64,000 nucleotides of DNA from NCBI GenBank assembly GCA_002269645.1, contig NIVC01000401.1:186001-250000 (forward strand). The letters run 5' to 3'. Below the pieces are notes generated by a model. That model was not told the DNA's origin and made no database searches. It saw only the letters and a list, made by a program, of their open reading frames with translations. The number at the start of each line of letters is the position of its first letter. The first letter of the stretch is position 1. This document shows positions 12,951-26,744 of the stretch, in pieces. Both the position numbers and the translations under genes were made by a program. The stretch comes from Macrostomum lignano. Its lineage: Eukaryota.

Positions 12951-15419
12951 TTGTGAGCCATTGATTTGCTATAGAGCGCCCACCCCATTTTTCCGGCTCC
13001 GTACGTCAGCCGGCTTTCTCTCTCTAACTCTCGCCCCCTTATCTGTACTCGTAGTAAGCAAAGTGTACATTTACGACCACCACCCCACGCAATGCAGTAG
13101 CCGACTAAATATTAAATAAATAGCATCGTCTCGCCCACTGTGGCTTTCGTACTTCTTCGTGCAACTGCCAAATCATGCATTAAACTCTTACATCAGTGTC
13201 TCTGTATTTATTATTTAAATGCCACGGAGTACTTGATTACACTCAATTATACAGTTTACGAATTCGACTATCTGTCGATCAGCTGTCTTTTCTCTCCTCA
13301 GCTGTGACTCATTGGTTCGCTCGCTTATCTCAGTTCGTTTTCCTTCTCTATGCGCCGTCTATATCCTATCTTCCTTTTATTTTCTTGTGGCTCTGCTAAC
13401 CTTATCGCTGCTCCCGTTCAAGACATTCAGTTTGATGGGGCAGTAGCTGCGGTACCGCATCATTTTTATGGGCATATGTCATGCTTCCTTTTTCAGTTTA
13501 GCGGCATCTGTGGAATTGAAATCCCCCTTGATATGCATGCAGACGCAGACTGCGGGGGCTGGGATGATGTCGCCAGAGCCATCCATAATGCTGATGATGA
13601 GATGCAGCGCAGGCGACACGTTGGAAAATCACTCCGAAAGCCTGCCGCCAGTGGCCCATCATCAGCATCAGCATCCGAAGTCTGGCTCCCCAGCCCCCTC
13701 CGGGCTTCTGCTTCTTCGCGTCTATCTTATCCCCGGCTTCGGTGGGCGCAGTTTCTGACAGATAATCTTAACGCCTTGAGGGCGCTAAAGGCGAGAGTGG
13801 GAGTAGGGCAAGAGAGACCGAGAGGAAGCAATATAGGAGAATGGAAAGGGGAGACTTTACTTTTAGTCTCATCCCGTCTCCCCTGTTGCGCTTGGGGGCG
13901 TGCGGAGGCGGAGGAATCAATTATCCCCGCTGGGCCGCAAGGTTGGCTAGTAGTAGAAGAAAAAGCAGTCGCCTGTCGCAGAATGGAAAGCAGTCTTTCT
14001 TTTGCGTTACTTTCTTACTGCCGGGTCATCTCTGCCGACAGTATTATGGAACTGTGTTGCGCATTAGCCTGTGCGGCTGAACGTCGAGAAAAGCTTGTTA
14101 ACTTTGCTTTATAATATTATTATACATGCAGTAGCTGAAGTTATTAGAGATGAAAAATGCCGACAGTTATATTGCAGCCTACAGGTTCAAATTATTTTTG
14201 TCTACTACTGGTAGCCTCTACTACAATAGCCTGCCAAGTTGCTGAATACATATCCTATAGTCTTTGTCGTCTTCTTGTCGTCTGTTTCATATACCCACCT
14301 ATTCCTACCGCCCTCTACCCTTTTCCTTTTTCCGCCCTCTACCCACTTCCTCTCTCCGCCCTCTTTCTATCTGCCCTCTACCCTCTTTCCCTCTCTGCCC
14401 TCTTTCTTTTTCCTCTCCCCGCCTTCTAACGTCTTTCTCTTTCCCCCATCTACTTTCTATCTACCTTCTACCCTCTTTTCTGTCCTCTACCTACTTTCTC
14501 TTTTCTCCTTCTACCCTCTTACTCTTTCCGCCCTCTGCCATCTACTCTCTTCCTCTGTCCACCCTCTTCATTCTTACTCTTTCCACTTCTTACCATCGTT
14601 CTCTTTCCGTTCTCTGTCTACTTCCCCTTTTTCCTTCCGTTAAAATCCCTCTGTCCCCAGTTGTCACGCCTTTTCCCTCTTGCTTTTTTCCGGTTTTCTG
14701 CTTTATTTAAATATTCTTTCAGCTACTTGCCAGAGTAAACTAATCAAACTGTATAAAAATTATGGCTGACCTTCGCAGCTTGACCTTGTCAGCTCAGCTA
14801 CTCAACAAGTTTCGAGTTTGGAGAAATCTATTTTAGAAAGGGAGGTGGGTTTCGCATAGGAGTTGGTCGGATTGGATGTTCCCAACTTGGGATAAGGGAC
14901 AGCTGAATCGACTGGCTGAGGAATGAACACTCGGAAGGGTTAGCGGCGCTGGCGTCAAGGGCAGTCGGGAGTTTGAGATGGGGCGTGCTTGTAATTTGCA
15001 TTTTGATGGGAAACTTTCTTCAATTCCTGTTCTTGCTTTTGTACCGCGCCTATATTCGGCGTAAGCAGTGTGAGAGTATAAAGAAGTTTATATAGAGTCG
15101 GGCTGGGGTTCGTAAAGACGCTGCACAAGCAACTGTGGGTAGGTTTTTAATATCGGTATATGGCTGTAGTGACTCCGGCAGGATTCACTAATATCTAATA
15201 TCTAATATCTGACGAGAAAAAGTCAATCGTGTAACTCTAGGATGAGAGGGCTGTTTATCTCTTATGATTCAGCTGGTATGCATGAATTTATTAATAAATT
15301 ATAATTCCTTTTTGTACCGGTACTGAAAATCTTACAAGTGCCCTTGGAAAGATAGTAATTTTATAGCGCCTGTGTACGAAAGAGGTTTCAATAAATTCAC
15401 TTGAAAATTTCGATAAAGA

Positions 15420-15790
15420 GTCACTCTGTGATGTCAATAAAGCTGCTCCGAGAGTCAACAAAAAGTCACTCTGATATGTCAATAAAAAGTCACTCGGATG
15501 TCAAAAAGTCACTCTCAGATGTCAATAAAAATTCATTCCGAGATGCCAATAAAAAGTCACTCTCAGATGTCAATACAAAGTCACTCCGAGATGTCAATAA
15601 AAAGTCACTCTCAGATGTCAATACAAAGTCACTCGGAGATGTCAATAAAAAGTCACTCTCAGATGTCAATAAAAAGTCACTCCGAGATGTCAATAAAAAG
15701 TCACTCTCAGATGTCAATAAGTCAGTCTCAGATGTCAACAAAAAGGCACTCTGAAATGCCATCAAAAAGTCACTGTCAGATGTCAATGAA
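15420..15790. repeat. 24-bp minisatellite
   Basis: Unit AAAGTCACTCTCAGATGTCAATAA. Confidence 0.92.
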
Positions 15791-15901
15791 AAGTAAAAAG
15801 TAATATAAAAAATCTAGAGGTAGCAACTTAGTAAAGTTATTAAACGACTTTTTCAATATCTTTACCCTTACGTACATCTCCCGCCACCCCCATATCCGCA
15901 G

Positions 15902-16260
15902 TGCTGCTCAAAGTGATCGCCCAGCTAATCCGCAACGTGCCAACCAGCGGCGAGGCCTACAGAGTGAAGAAGCTGTTTCTAAACGATCTGACAATCCTGT
16001 GCAACCAGACCAAGGACAATAGGCGCACCATGCTGCAGATGTCAGTCTGGCAGGACTGGCTATTCGGCTTGGCCACCTTCTATCCGCAGACAGCCGAAGA
16101 GCAATCAATCACCGATCTAGTTATGTCGCTATTTCGCATGCTGCTTCATCACGCTATTAAATATGAATTTGGCGGCTGGCGCGTGTGGATTGACACATTG
16201 GCTATACTGCACTCGAAAGTGTCGCAGGAGGACTTCCGGCGGAAGGTTTCTCAATCGCAG
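15902..16260 (+). CDS. nbea: NBEA exon, LLKVIAQL...SVWQDWLF...[17 protein letters not shown]
   Basis: CAG acceptor, GTGAT donor 16261 (an in-frame GT 15 nt earlier is possible); hallmark GGWRVW-DTL motif. Confidence 0.93.
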
Positions 16261-16927
16261 GTGATTTTTTATTATACAAAAAATTAGCCTTTTACACTGT
16301 GAAGCTACTTATAACTTTTAATTCAGTAGTATAAAATATTTTCTTCATTCCACTTTTTCTCATTAGATAACTGCTTACTAATTAAGCCTCAGGGGGGTGC
16401 TACTGTGTACATTTATTAACTGCCTAATTCAGTTCACTAGTACAATATTTATATTGTGTACCAGTGTTGAAGGTTAAGCAGCATTGGTTGTGGTTAGTAC
16501 GCAGCAGAAGCAGGAGCGGAAATCAGAGTGTGGTCGCGACGCGATCATGGGTTTGCCGTTTTGTGCACTGAGAGTGATGGAGACACATTGTGCTTGTGTA
16601 TGTGGCTTTGTCATGAATAGTGATTAACTTTAGTCAACTGCAACAAAGCTATAGACACAGTTTAACTTTGTTATTCTCGTGTATCTCTTACACAGCATAT
16701 ATGAATATGGCTTGCCATGCGTATTGCCTGAGCTCTGAAGGGCAGCGAGTGCATCAGATCTCATGTCTTGTATTTTCCTAATTTTTAGCCTATCGGGGGA
16801 TGTCTTTAAGAATCGGGGAACGCTAGCTAGTATGTCTATTATACAGAGCGCGGTCGCCCTCAGAATATGATTCACTTGTGCGCGTCGCCTGCGGTCGTCT
16901 ATTCAATATCTAACTCGCTCCGCACAG

Positions 16928-17851
16928 ATGCCCCAGCCGGATCACGCAGTCGGCGACGAGAATCAGCAGCAGCAGCAACAGCAACAGCAGCAGCAGCAGA
17001 GAGTTTTGGCTGACCAAGCCAGGTCGGCGGCAGCTGTCGAGGACATCGATTTGGCCAGTCCGCGTCGGCTGGTCACCGCCATCCTCGAGCAGGTCATCGA
17101 CGATGCTGTTGAAGGCGACGATGAGGATCAGCCGGGTGCTCAGGGGGAGGAGGCTTCAACGGTGGCCAAGCAGCCGCAGCCGCAACAGCCATCGGATTCT
17201 GCAGGTTCTAGTCAGCAGCAGCAGCGGCCGAAGGTGTTCAGCCCGGGCCCCAGAGCCGCACCATTTCGCATCCCCGAGTTCAGCTGGTCCTACCTGCACC
17301 AGAAGCTGCTCAACGACCTGCTCTATTCGGTTGAATCCGATCTCAGCCAATGGCGCAGTCATTCCAGCAAGAGCATCTTAGACTTTGTAAACGCACCAGA
17401 GAATCATATCTACGTTATTAACCTAATTCACCTGGTCTCCCAGCTAGCTGACACTCTGGTGACATCCTGCGGCGGCCTGCTGCCCCTGCTAGCGGCGGCC
17501 ACATCGCCAAACTGCGAAGTAGACATGCTGGAGCCGGGCCAGGGCCTGCGCATCGACGACGCCGTCGGATTCCTGCTCCGCGTGATGAGCATCACGGACA
17601 TTGTGGTGTTCGCCACTTCGCACAGTTTTGCTGAATTAGAAGCTGAGAAAAATATGACGTCTGGCGGTATATTGCGCCAATGCCTGCGTCTGGTGTGCAC
17701 CTGCGCAGTGCGCAACTGTCTGGAGTGCCGCTATAAGAAGCTGGTTGGCAGCGGTGGCGCTGGCGGTGCTGGCAGCGGCGGGAGCGGTTCAACATTCCTT
17801 ACCAGCGACGAGGTCAAGCAGATGTTAGCTGGCGTGCGCAAGGCTCAGCAG
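16928..17851 (+). CDS. nbea: NBEA large exon: polyQ linker, AKAP-like helix, FRIPEFSWS...AVRNCLECR region
   Basis: CAG acceptor, GTAAT donor, 308 codons; contains [13 protein letters not shown] and [19 protein letters not shown]. Confidence 0.95.
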
Positions 17852-17935
17852 GTAATCAATTTGAACAAAAATTTAAAACAATTTTTTTTAAATTTACGCT
17901 CGTAAATATTTATTAGTATGAGCTGATATTATACT

Positions 17936-18230
17936 AAAAATGGCCGATGTGAGAGCCAATCAGAAGGAAAAGCGATAAGGGGGGGTTGGGTGGTGTGCAC
18001 TAGGGTGAGAGAGAGAATCCGAAATGGCCGATGTCAGAGCCAATCAGAAGGAAAAGCGATAAGGGGGGTTGGGTGGTGTGCACTAGGGTGAGAGAGAGAA
18101 TCCGAAATGGCCGATGTCAGAGCCAATCAGAAGGAAAGGCGATAAGGGGGGTGTGGGTGGTGTGCACTAGGGTGAGAGAGAGAATCCGAAATGGCCGATG
18201 TGAGAGCCAATCAGAAGGAAGAGCGATAAG
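17936..18230. repeat. 83-bp tandem repeat, about 3.5 copies
   Basis: AAATGGCCGATG recurs near 17938, 18022, 18105 and 18189. Confidence 0.92.
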
Positions 18231-18635
18231 AAGACAATAAGAATCAGATTAGTCTCAACAAGGAAGAAGTTTTAAAGCACAGAATATCCTAAGGAAGTTT
18301 GTTGGTCGAAAAAATTCATAGCTAAAGTTTCTCTAATTTTAGGTTTACACGTCGCCTGTAAGTTACTTGTAATTTTATATACATGCATTAACACTAATAA
18401 TTTGGTAACTGCTGGTGTTGAATTTTTCTATTTTTATTTTATCTGCTCATAATTATAAGCAGAATAAGTTAACTTATTTATTCGGTTTTTTAGCAATTAT
18501 CTAGTTGAATAATATGCAGGTGATTATAAATAACTAGCAGATAATTAATCTAAATGCATGTGATTTTGGTTAATTTCTATAATTAATGTATTCTCTTATA
18601 TCTGTATCAATAATGTTTCTGCAATAATGATGCAC

Positions 18636-21018
18636 ATGACTTAGCGACTGTCTGAGCCAGTCCCAGCTGAGATACAAAGGAATTAGCGACTGTCTGAGCC
18701 AGTTCTAGCTGAGACACACGGGAATTAGCGACTGTCTGAGCCAGTTCTAGCTGAGACACACAGGAATTAGCGACTGTCTGAGCCAGTTCTAGCTGAGACA
18801 CACGGGAATTAGCGAATGTCTGAGCCAGTTCTAGCTGAGACACAAGGGAATTAGCGACTGTCTGAGCCAGTTCTAGCTGAGACACACGGGAATTAGCGAC
18901 TGTCTGAGCCAGTTCTAGCTGAGACACACGGGAATTAGCAACTGTCTGAGCCAGTTCTAGCTGAGAAACACGGGAATTAGCGACTGTCTGAGCCAGTTCT
19001 AGCTGAGACACAAGGGAATTAGCGACTGTCTGAGCCAGTTCTAGCTGAGACACACGGGAATTAGCGACTGTCTGAGCCAGTTCTAGCTGAGACACACGGG
19101 AATTAGCGACTGTCTGAGCCAGTTCTAGCTGAGACACACGGGAATTAGCAACTGTCTGAGCCAGTTCTAGCTGAGACACACAGGAATTAGCGACTGTCTG
19201 AGCCAGTTCTAGCTGAGACACACGGGAATTAGCGACTGTCTGAGCCAGTTCTAGCTGAGACACACGGGAATTAGCGACTGTCTGAGCCAGTTCTAGCTGA
19301 GACACACGGGAATTAGCGACTGTCTGAGCCAGTCCTAGCTGTGACACAAGGGAATTAGCGACTGTCTGAGCCAGTCCCAGCTGAGACACACGGGAATTAG
19401 CGACTGTCTGAGCCAGTCCTAGCTGAGACAAAAGGGAATTAGCGACTGTCTGAGCCAGTCCCAGCTGAGACACACGGGAATTAGCGACTGTCTGAGCCAG
19501 TTCTAGCTGAGATACAAGGGAATTAGCGACTGTCTGAGCCAGTTCTAGCTGAGACACACGGGAATTAGCGACTGTCTGAGCCAGTTCTAGCTGAGACACA
19601 CGGGAATTAGCGACTGTCTGAGCCAGTCCCAGCTGAGACACACGGGAATTAGCGACTGTCTGAGCCAGTTCTAGCTGAGACACACGGGAATTAGCGACTG
19701 TCTGAGCCAGTTCTAGCTGAGACACACGGGAATTAGCGACTGTCTGAGCCAGTTCTAGCTGAGACACACAGGAATTAGCGACTGTCTGAGCCAGTTCTAG
19801 CTGAGACACACGGGAATTAGCGACTGTCTGAGCCAGTTCTAGCTGTGACACACGGGAATTAGCGACTGTCTGAGCCAGTTCTAGCTGTGACACACGGGAA
19901 TTAGCGACTGTCTGAGCCAGTCCCAGCTGAGACACAAAGGAATTAGCGACTGTCTGAGCCAGTTCTAGCTGAGACACACAGGAATTAGCGACTGTCTGAG
20001 CCAGTTCTAGCTGAGACACAAGGGAATTAGCGACTGTCTGAGCCAGTTCTAGCTGAGACACACGGGAATTAGCGACTGTCTGAGCCAGTTCTAGCTGTGA
20101 CACACGGGAATTAGCGACTGTCTGAGCCAGTTCTAGCTGAGACACAAGGGAATTAGCGACTGTCTGAGCCAGTTCTAGCTGAGACACACGGGAATTAGCG
20201 ACTGTCTGAGCCAGTTCTAGCTGAGACACACAGGAATTAGCGACTGTCTGAGCCAGTTCTAGCTGAGACACACGGGAATTAGCGACTGTCTGAGCCAGTT
20301 CTAGCTGAGACACACGGGAATTAGCGACTGTCTGAGCCAGTTCTAGCTGTGACACACGGGAATTAGCGACTGTCTGAGCCAGTCCCAGCTGAGACACAAA
20401 GGAATTAGCGACTGTCTGAGCCAGTTCTAGCTGAGACACACAGGAATTAGCGACTGTCTGAGCCAGTTCTAGCTGTGACACACGGGAATTAGCGACTGTC
20501 TGAGCCAGTTCTAGCTGAGACACACGGGAATTAGCGACTGTCTGAGCCAGTCCCAGCTGAGACACAAAGGAATTAGCGACTGTCTGAGCCAGTTCTAGCT
20601 GAGACACACGGGAATTAGCGACTGTCTGAGCCAGTTCTAGCTGAGACACAAGGGAATTAGCGACTGTCTGAGCCAGTTCTAGCTGAGACACACGGGAATT
20701 AGCGACTGTCTGAGCCAGTTCTAGCTGAGACACACGGGAATTAGCGACTGTCTGAGCCAGTCCTAGCTGAGACACAAGGGAATTAGCGACTGTCTGAGCC
20801 AGTCCCAGCTGAGACACACGGGAATTAGCGACTGTCTGAGCCAGTCCTAGCTGAGACAAAAGGGAATTAGCGACTGTCTGAGCCAGTCCCAGCTGAGACA
20901 CACGGGAATTAGCGACTGTCTGAGCCAGTTCTAGCTGAGACACACGGGAATTAGCGACTGTCTGAGCCAGTTCTAGCTGAGACACACGGGAATTAGCGAC
21001 TGTCTGAGCCAGTTCTAG
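18636..21018. repeat. 42-bp minisatellite, about 57 copies
   Basis: Unit GGGAATTAGCGACTGTCTGAGCCAGTTCTAGCTGAGACACAC; source of the 792-aa ORF. Confidence 0.97.
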
Positions 21019-21078
21019 TTTGATAATATCAAATCAGTAGTTCAATAACCGAAGTGAAACTTGCTCACCCCCTAACAG

Positions 21079-21171
21079 GCCGACAGTCACCTGCAAGCGG
21101 TACAAAATAGCGAAATGCTACTGCAGGAAATGGACGTGAATCGTCTGAGAGCTGTTGTCTATCGCGACGTG
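21079..21171 (+). CDS. nbea: NBEA exon, ADSHLQ...LLQEMDVNRLRAVVYRDV
   Basis: CTAACAG acceptor, GTGAGT donor, 31 codons; matches LLQDVDINRLRAVVFRDV. Confidence 0.93.
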
Positions 21172-21929
21172 GTGAGTAGCATTTTAATGCGCTTTTTATT
21201 ACAACACTTTGTAACGGCTGGGCCGCCCTCACATGTAGCTAAAAATGTCTTGTCCGTTCCCACTTTTTGCTGCTTAACCCGCATGTTAACTTGCGGGACT
21301 TTCACCTTTTCCCTCTGACCACGTTTTTCATTATATCGTTTATTATAATTACTATCTAATACGAGTTCCTATTTGATTTATTTATTAATTCGGCAGATAT
21401 ATCCCTTGTGTGTATAATCCCATTTAGTTTCAAATTCATTGATCATTTCTAATCTGAAAGATTTGACACGCAGTTAAATATTTCATAGAAGTTTCGAGCC
21501 GAAATAATATTTTCTTTAACTTTTCTGCCTTTTTGCTATCTAGCCATATAGCTAAGATTGGTTAGCTTAAGTTAAAAACTTTTAAAGTCCTGCATCTTTT
21601 TAATCTTACTGCAATAAGTAGTAGTTTGAAGATATTGTTACCCTGAATTCATTGAAAAGTTTCTAAATTTAGCTGCGAATAGAGTTTCCGTTCTTGCGCA
21701 GATTTGATTAAAAAAAACATTATTGTCCGTTCGTCTTACTTATCAGTAGTTATGATGAAGGTTTGTTTTCGCTGTCGCAAATTTATTTGGATCATGCGCG
21801 CGTGTCACTTTTTAAAGTTGTTTGAATTTAAGAGAAAAGTATGTGAGCTCGCGTCATTAGTACTTGTAAGTAAGCCAATAATTATTAATAATGGTTTTAT
21901 CGCGGACAGAGATCGCCAGAAAATCAAGC

Positions 21930-23170
21930 CTTCTCCCCAACGCACAGGCAGAGAGGAGGCCAGAAAATCGATAAGCTTCACCCCACCCCAGTCCCCCCGC
22001 ACAGGCAGAGAGGAGACCAGAAAATCGATAAGCTTCACTCCACCCACCCCCCGCACAGGCAGAGAGGAGGCCAGAAAATCGATAAGCTTCACTCCACCCA
22101 CCCCCCGCACAGGCAGTGAGGAGGCCAGAAAATCGATAAGCCTCATCTACCCCCTACAGAGCCAGAGAGAAGGCCAGAAAATCGATAAGCCTCACCCACC
22201 CCCCGCACAGGCAGAGTGGAGGCCAGAAAATCGACAAGCTTCACCGCACCCCACCCCCGCACAGGCAGTGAGGAGGCCAGAAAATCGATAAGCCTCACCC
22301 ACCCCCCGCACAGGCAGAGTGGAGGCCAGAAAAACGACAAGCTTCACCGCACCCCACCCCCGCACAGGCAGTGAGGAGGCCAGAAAATCGATAAGCCTCA
22401 CCCACCCCCGCACAGGCAGAGTGGAGGCCAGAAAATCGACAAGCTTCACCGCACCCCACCCCCGCATAGGTAGTGAGGAGGCCAGAAAATCGATAAGCCT
22501 CACCCACCCCCCGCACAGGCAGAGTGGAGGCCAGAAAAACGACAAGCTTCACCGCACCCCACCCCCGCACAGGCAGTGAGGAGGCCAGAAAATCGATAAG
22601 CCTCACCCACCCCCCGCACAGGCAGAGTGGAGGCCAGAAAATCGACAAGCTTCACCCCACCCCACCCCCGCACAGGTAGTGAGGAGGCCAGAAAATCGAT
22701 AAGCCTCACCCACCCCCCGCACAGGCAGAGTGGAGGCCAGAAAATCGACAAGCTTCACCGCACCCCACCCCCGCACAGGCAGTGAGGAGGCCAGAAAATC
22801 GATAAGCCTCACCCACCCCCCGCACAGGCAGAGTGGAGGCCAGAAAATCGACAAGCTTCACCGCACCCCACCCCCGCACAGGTAGTGAGGAGGCCAGAAA
22901 ATCGATAAGCCTCACCCACCCCCCGCACAGGCAGAGTGGAGGCCAGAAAATCGACAAGCTTCACCGCACTCCACCCCCGCACAGGTAGTGAGGAGGCCAG
23001 AAAATCGATAAGCCTCACCCACCCCCGCACAGGCAGAGTGGAGGCCAGAAAATCGACAAGCTTCACCCCACCCCACCCCCGCACAGGCAGTGAGGAGGCC
23101 AGAAAATCGATAAGCCTCATCTACCCCCTGCAGAGGCAGAGAGAAGGCCAGAAAATCGATAAGCCTTAGG
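21930..23170. repeat. About 51-bp minisatellite with about 103-bp dimeric higher-order unit
   Basis: Alternating GAGGCCAGAAAATCGATAAGCCTC and GAGGCCAGAAAATCGACAAGCTTC units. Confidence 0.93.
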
Positions 23171-23699
23171 CAGATAATCGTGAAGGCAGAAATATGTGTA
23201 ATATGTCGCAGGTTCTTTATTGCAGCCTTGTAATAGATTACATTCTTAAGAACAGATAGAGAAGTTCTGTAATATTAAACAATTAATTATGCATATGCAG
23301 CACCTGCACAGCTGCCCTGCTAATTTTTTCTCGTGTGTTTTAAGTCACCTGTCCTTGACTTGCTTGCTGTCCGCTCACCAGTATTTGTATACGAACGTTT
23401 CATTTCTATTTTAATTTATTTAACTTTCGTTTTTTGTTTCCCTTCATAATTGAAATTTCTTTAATTTTAGGAGTATGCCTTCCCTGTAAGTTTGCGTTTG
23501 ATTGTTCAATAACAGCCGCTGCTGCGTGATCGCATCTTTTGTTTCTTTTTCGCTTTTCATTTTCAATTTTTTATTTTTGCCGGTTGTTAATGCAAATTGC
23601 TTTTCCCCTTGCGTCTCCGTGTTGCTGGTTTGTTTTGATTCGAATATCAGTTCGATTCAAACTGTTGATTGGGCTTTTGTTTTATTTGGCCGGTCATGG

Positions 23700-24070
23700 A
23701 GGGTGATGAGGCTCGGAGGGGGTGATGAAGCTCGGAGGGGGTGATAAAGCTCGGAGGGGTTGATAAAGCTCGGAGGGGGTGATGAAGCTCTGAGGGGGTG
23801 ATGAGGCTCGGAGGGGTTGATAAAGCTCGGAGGGGGTGATGAAGCTCTGAGGGGGTGATGAGGCTCGGAGGGGTTGATGAGGCTCAGATGGGATGATGAG
23901 GCTCAGATGGGGTGATGAGGCTCGGAGGAGGTGATGAGGCTCAGATAGGGTGATAAGGCTCAGAGGGGGTAATGAGGCTCAGATGGGGTGATGAGGCTCA
24001 GATGGGGTGATGAGACTCACAGGAGTGATGAGACTCAAAGGGGTGATGAGGCTTAGATGGGGTGATAAGG
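23700..24070. repeat. 19-20-bp minisatellite
   Basis: Unit about GGGGTGATGAGGCTCGGAG. Confidence 0.9.
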
Positions 24071-24748
24071 GTTTTACAGCATTAGTGATAGTCATATTCA
24101 ATACATTAAGAGATTTAGAGGCGGTGAAGAATCCCACTGAGCAGACTGGGCCAATACTAACCATAGCGATGAAAGCAAGCTTATTCGCCAAATATTAATC
24201 ATTAGCTAGATAAATTAGTTAAAAATATTTGCATTTTCACAACTAATTTTTCTCTTGCCTTAGCCTTGAGGTTTCTTATTCAGCCCCTACTAATTATGAT
24301 GACATTAATTTACAAAGGTACAGGTGGATTGTGTAATTTTACTATTAATATTATGACAGTTTTGCTCATGGCGCAAGGGTTTGACACTAACATTAATATT
24401 GGTTCAACAAATCTAGCATGAAAATGCTTTGATTTTTCTTTTGCAGTAATGTTTCTTTTTTCAACCGGTAATGCTATTACAATATTTGAATCGACCAGCT
24501 AGCTACTATTAGTAGGCTTAGTAGGTTTTATTAATCTGGTATTATATAAAAATTGCCAATCTAAATATTTTTGCTTAGCATGTGTTTTTTTATTTTGAAC
24601 ACCCAAGTTTCGTTAGCTTAGGCATTTATACAATCAAGTTATGTAGCGCTGAAAAAAAATTAGTGTCCCACATTATTAAAGCGTTAATTACCATAAATCA
24701 CTGTTACATGTCTAGTTACTAAGCTATGATTGCACTTTAAAAACCCAG

Positions 24749-24905
24749 GAGGAGACCAAACAAGCTCAGTTCCTGGCTTTAGCTGTCGCTTATTTTGTCT
24801 CCGTGCTGATGGTGTCGAAATACCGGGACGTGCTGGAGCCGCCGACTCCGCTGGCTACTCCGTCTGGCCAGGTCAGCTCGGACAGTCTGCCTACGCTTAA
24901 TGAAG
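24749..24905 (+). CDS. nbea: NBEA exon, [31 protein letters not shown]...
   Basis: CAG acceptor, GTAAAA donor, phase 0 to 1; matches [27 protein letters not shown]; not in the ORF track. Confidence 0.93.
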
Positions 24906-25039
24906 GTAAAAGCTTAGTTGATTTCTATGGCCAATTTCTGGCTGTTAATATTCTTTGGTTGGGGTTGGTTATGCGCTGATTGGATTGGACTGTCTTATCT
25001 CCTCAGATAGGAGAATAAGCCTAGATATCCTACCTTATC

Positions 25040-26110
25040 TCACTCTGTTTTCTTATTCTTACCTGTGTTATCTTATCTCATTCCCACTTGTGTTAACCTA
25101 TCTCATTGCCACCTGTGTTATCTTATCTCACTCCTGTCTGTGTTATCTTATCTCATTGCCACCTGTGTTATCTTATATCATTCCTACCTGTGTTTTCTTT
25201 TCTCACTCTTACCTGTGTTATCTTATCTCATTCCTACCTGTGTTATCTTATCTCATTCCTACCTGTGTTAACTTATCTCATTGCCACCTGTGTTATCTTA
25301 TCTCACTCCTGTCTGTGTTATCTTATCTCATTCCCACTTGTGTTAACTTATCTCATTGCCACCTGTGTTATCTTGTCTCACTCCTGTCTGTGTTATCTTA
25401 TCTCATTCCTACCTGTGTTAACTTATCTCATTGCCACCTGTGTTATCTTATCTCACTCCTGTCTGTGTTATCTTATCTCATTCCCACTTGTGTTAACTTA
25501 TCTCATTGCCACCTGTGTTATCTTGTCTCACTCCTGTCTGTGTTATCTTATCTCATTCCTACCTGTGTTATCTTATATCATTCCTACCTGTGTTTTCTTT
25601 TCTCACTCTTACCTGTGTTATCTTATCTCACTCCTGTCTGTGTTATCTTATCTCATTGCCACCTGTGTTATCTTATATCATTCCTACCTGTGTTTTCTTA
25701 TCTCACTCTTACCTGTGTTATCTTATCTCATTCCTACCTGTGTTATCTCATTCCTACCTGTGTTATCTTATCTCATTCCTACATGTGTTATCTTATCTCA
25801 TTCCCACCTGTGTTATCTTATTCCTACATGTGTTATCTTATCTCATTCCTACCTGTGTTATCTTATCTCATTCCTACCTGTGTTTTCTCACTACTAATTG
25901 TGTTATCTCATTTCACCCGTTATCTCATTTCACCCCAACCTGTGTTATCTTATATCATTCCTACCTGTGTTATCTTATCTCATTCTTACCTGTGTTATCT
26001 TACCTCATTCTTACGTGTGTTATCTTATCTCATTTCCACCTGTGTTATCTTATCTCATTCTTACCTGTGTTATCTTATCTCATTCTTACGTGTGTTATCT
26101 TATCTCATTC
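25040..26110. repeat. 25-bp minisatellite
   Basis: Unit ACCTGTGTTATCTTATCTCATTCCT. Confidence 0.93.
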
Positions 26111-26744
26111 CTACCTGGATTATATATTATCCTACTCCTACCTGACTAGTAGTACCACACCTAAACTCCAATAGGGAGTTCTCTTAGCTTTTGTTTAAAT
26201 TGGTTCTAAGATTTTTGCCGGAGAATTTTTAGTATAACAAAAAAATAAGCTTTTCGATCGTTTCTTGCTACTATTCATTGTCAGTAGTCTGTCGTAGTAA
26301 TCTATCAGTAGTGCTGTAATAAAATGTGCTGCAAACAATGGAAACAATTACATTTTTGCAGCCAAAGCCATGCTGTTAAAACGAGGAGGTATTTTGCCTT
26401 GTTCTGCCTGTTTTTCTGTTTGTTATACTCGTCTACTTTTACTTCTGAATACCCCGATGCGCCGTTACCGAATAAAGTGCTTGCATTCAACTCGATTTAG
26501 TTTTTGGTTCCTAATATTAGAATTTTGGTTAGAAGTACCCGCCCGCTTGAGTAGCATGTGCGCTTAAACCAGTGCTGATTATTTGGCTGTCCGTATCTGT
26601 GTTTGAATATTTTGTAGCTTCACTACTTGCTGCAAGTTGCTCTTATCCTCTGTACTGTATCTGAGATGCCTTCACTTGTTTTACTTACTGATTTATCATT
26701 TCGTCTTTTATTTGTTTTTCATTTGTGGCAATATTGAAGATCCT

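Noticed and set aside
13350-14114. 254-aa ORF in intron 6
   Set aside because: No recognisable domain and uncharacteristic composition; the region is kept only as a unique-sequence finding.
18607-20985. 792-aa ORF of 14-residue repeats (SQLELAQTVANSRV)
   Set aside because: It is the 42-bp minisatellite read in its stop-free frame; length divisible by 3 and few variant positions explain openness. No promoter, signal peptide or unique domain. Only stranded RNA or peptide evidence would revive it.
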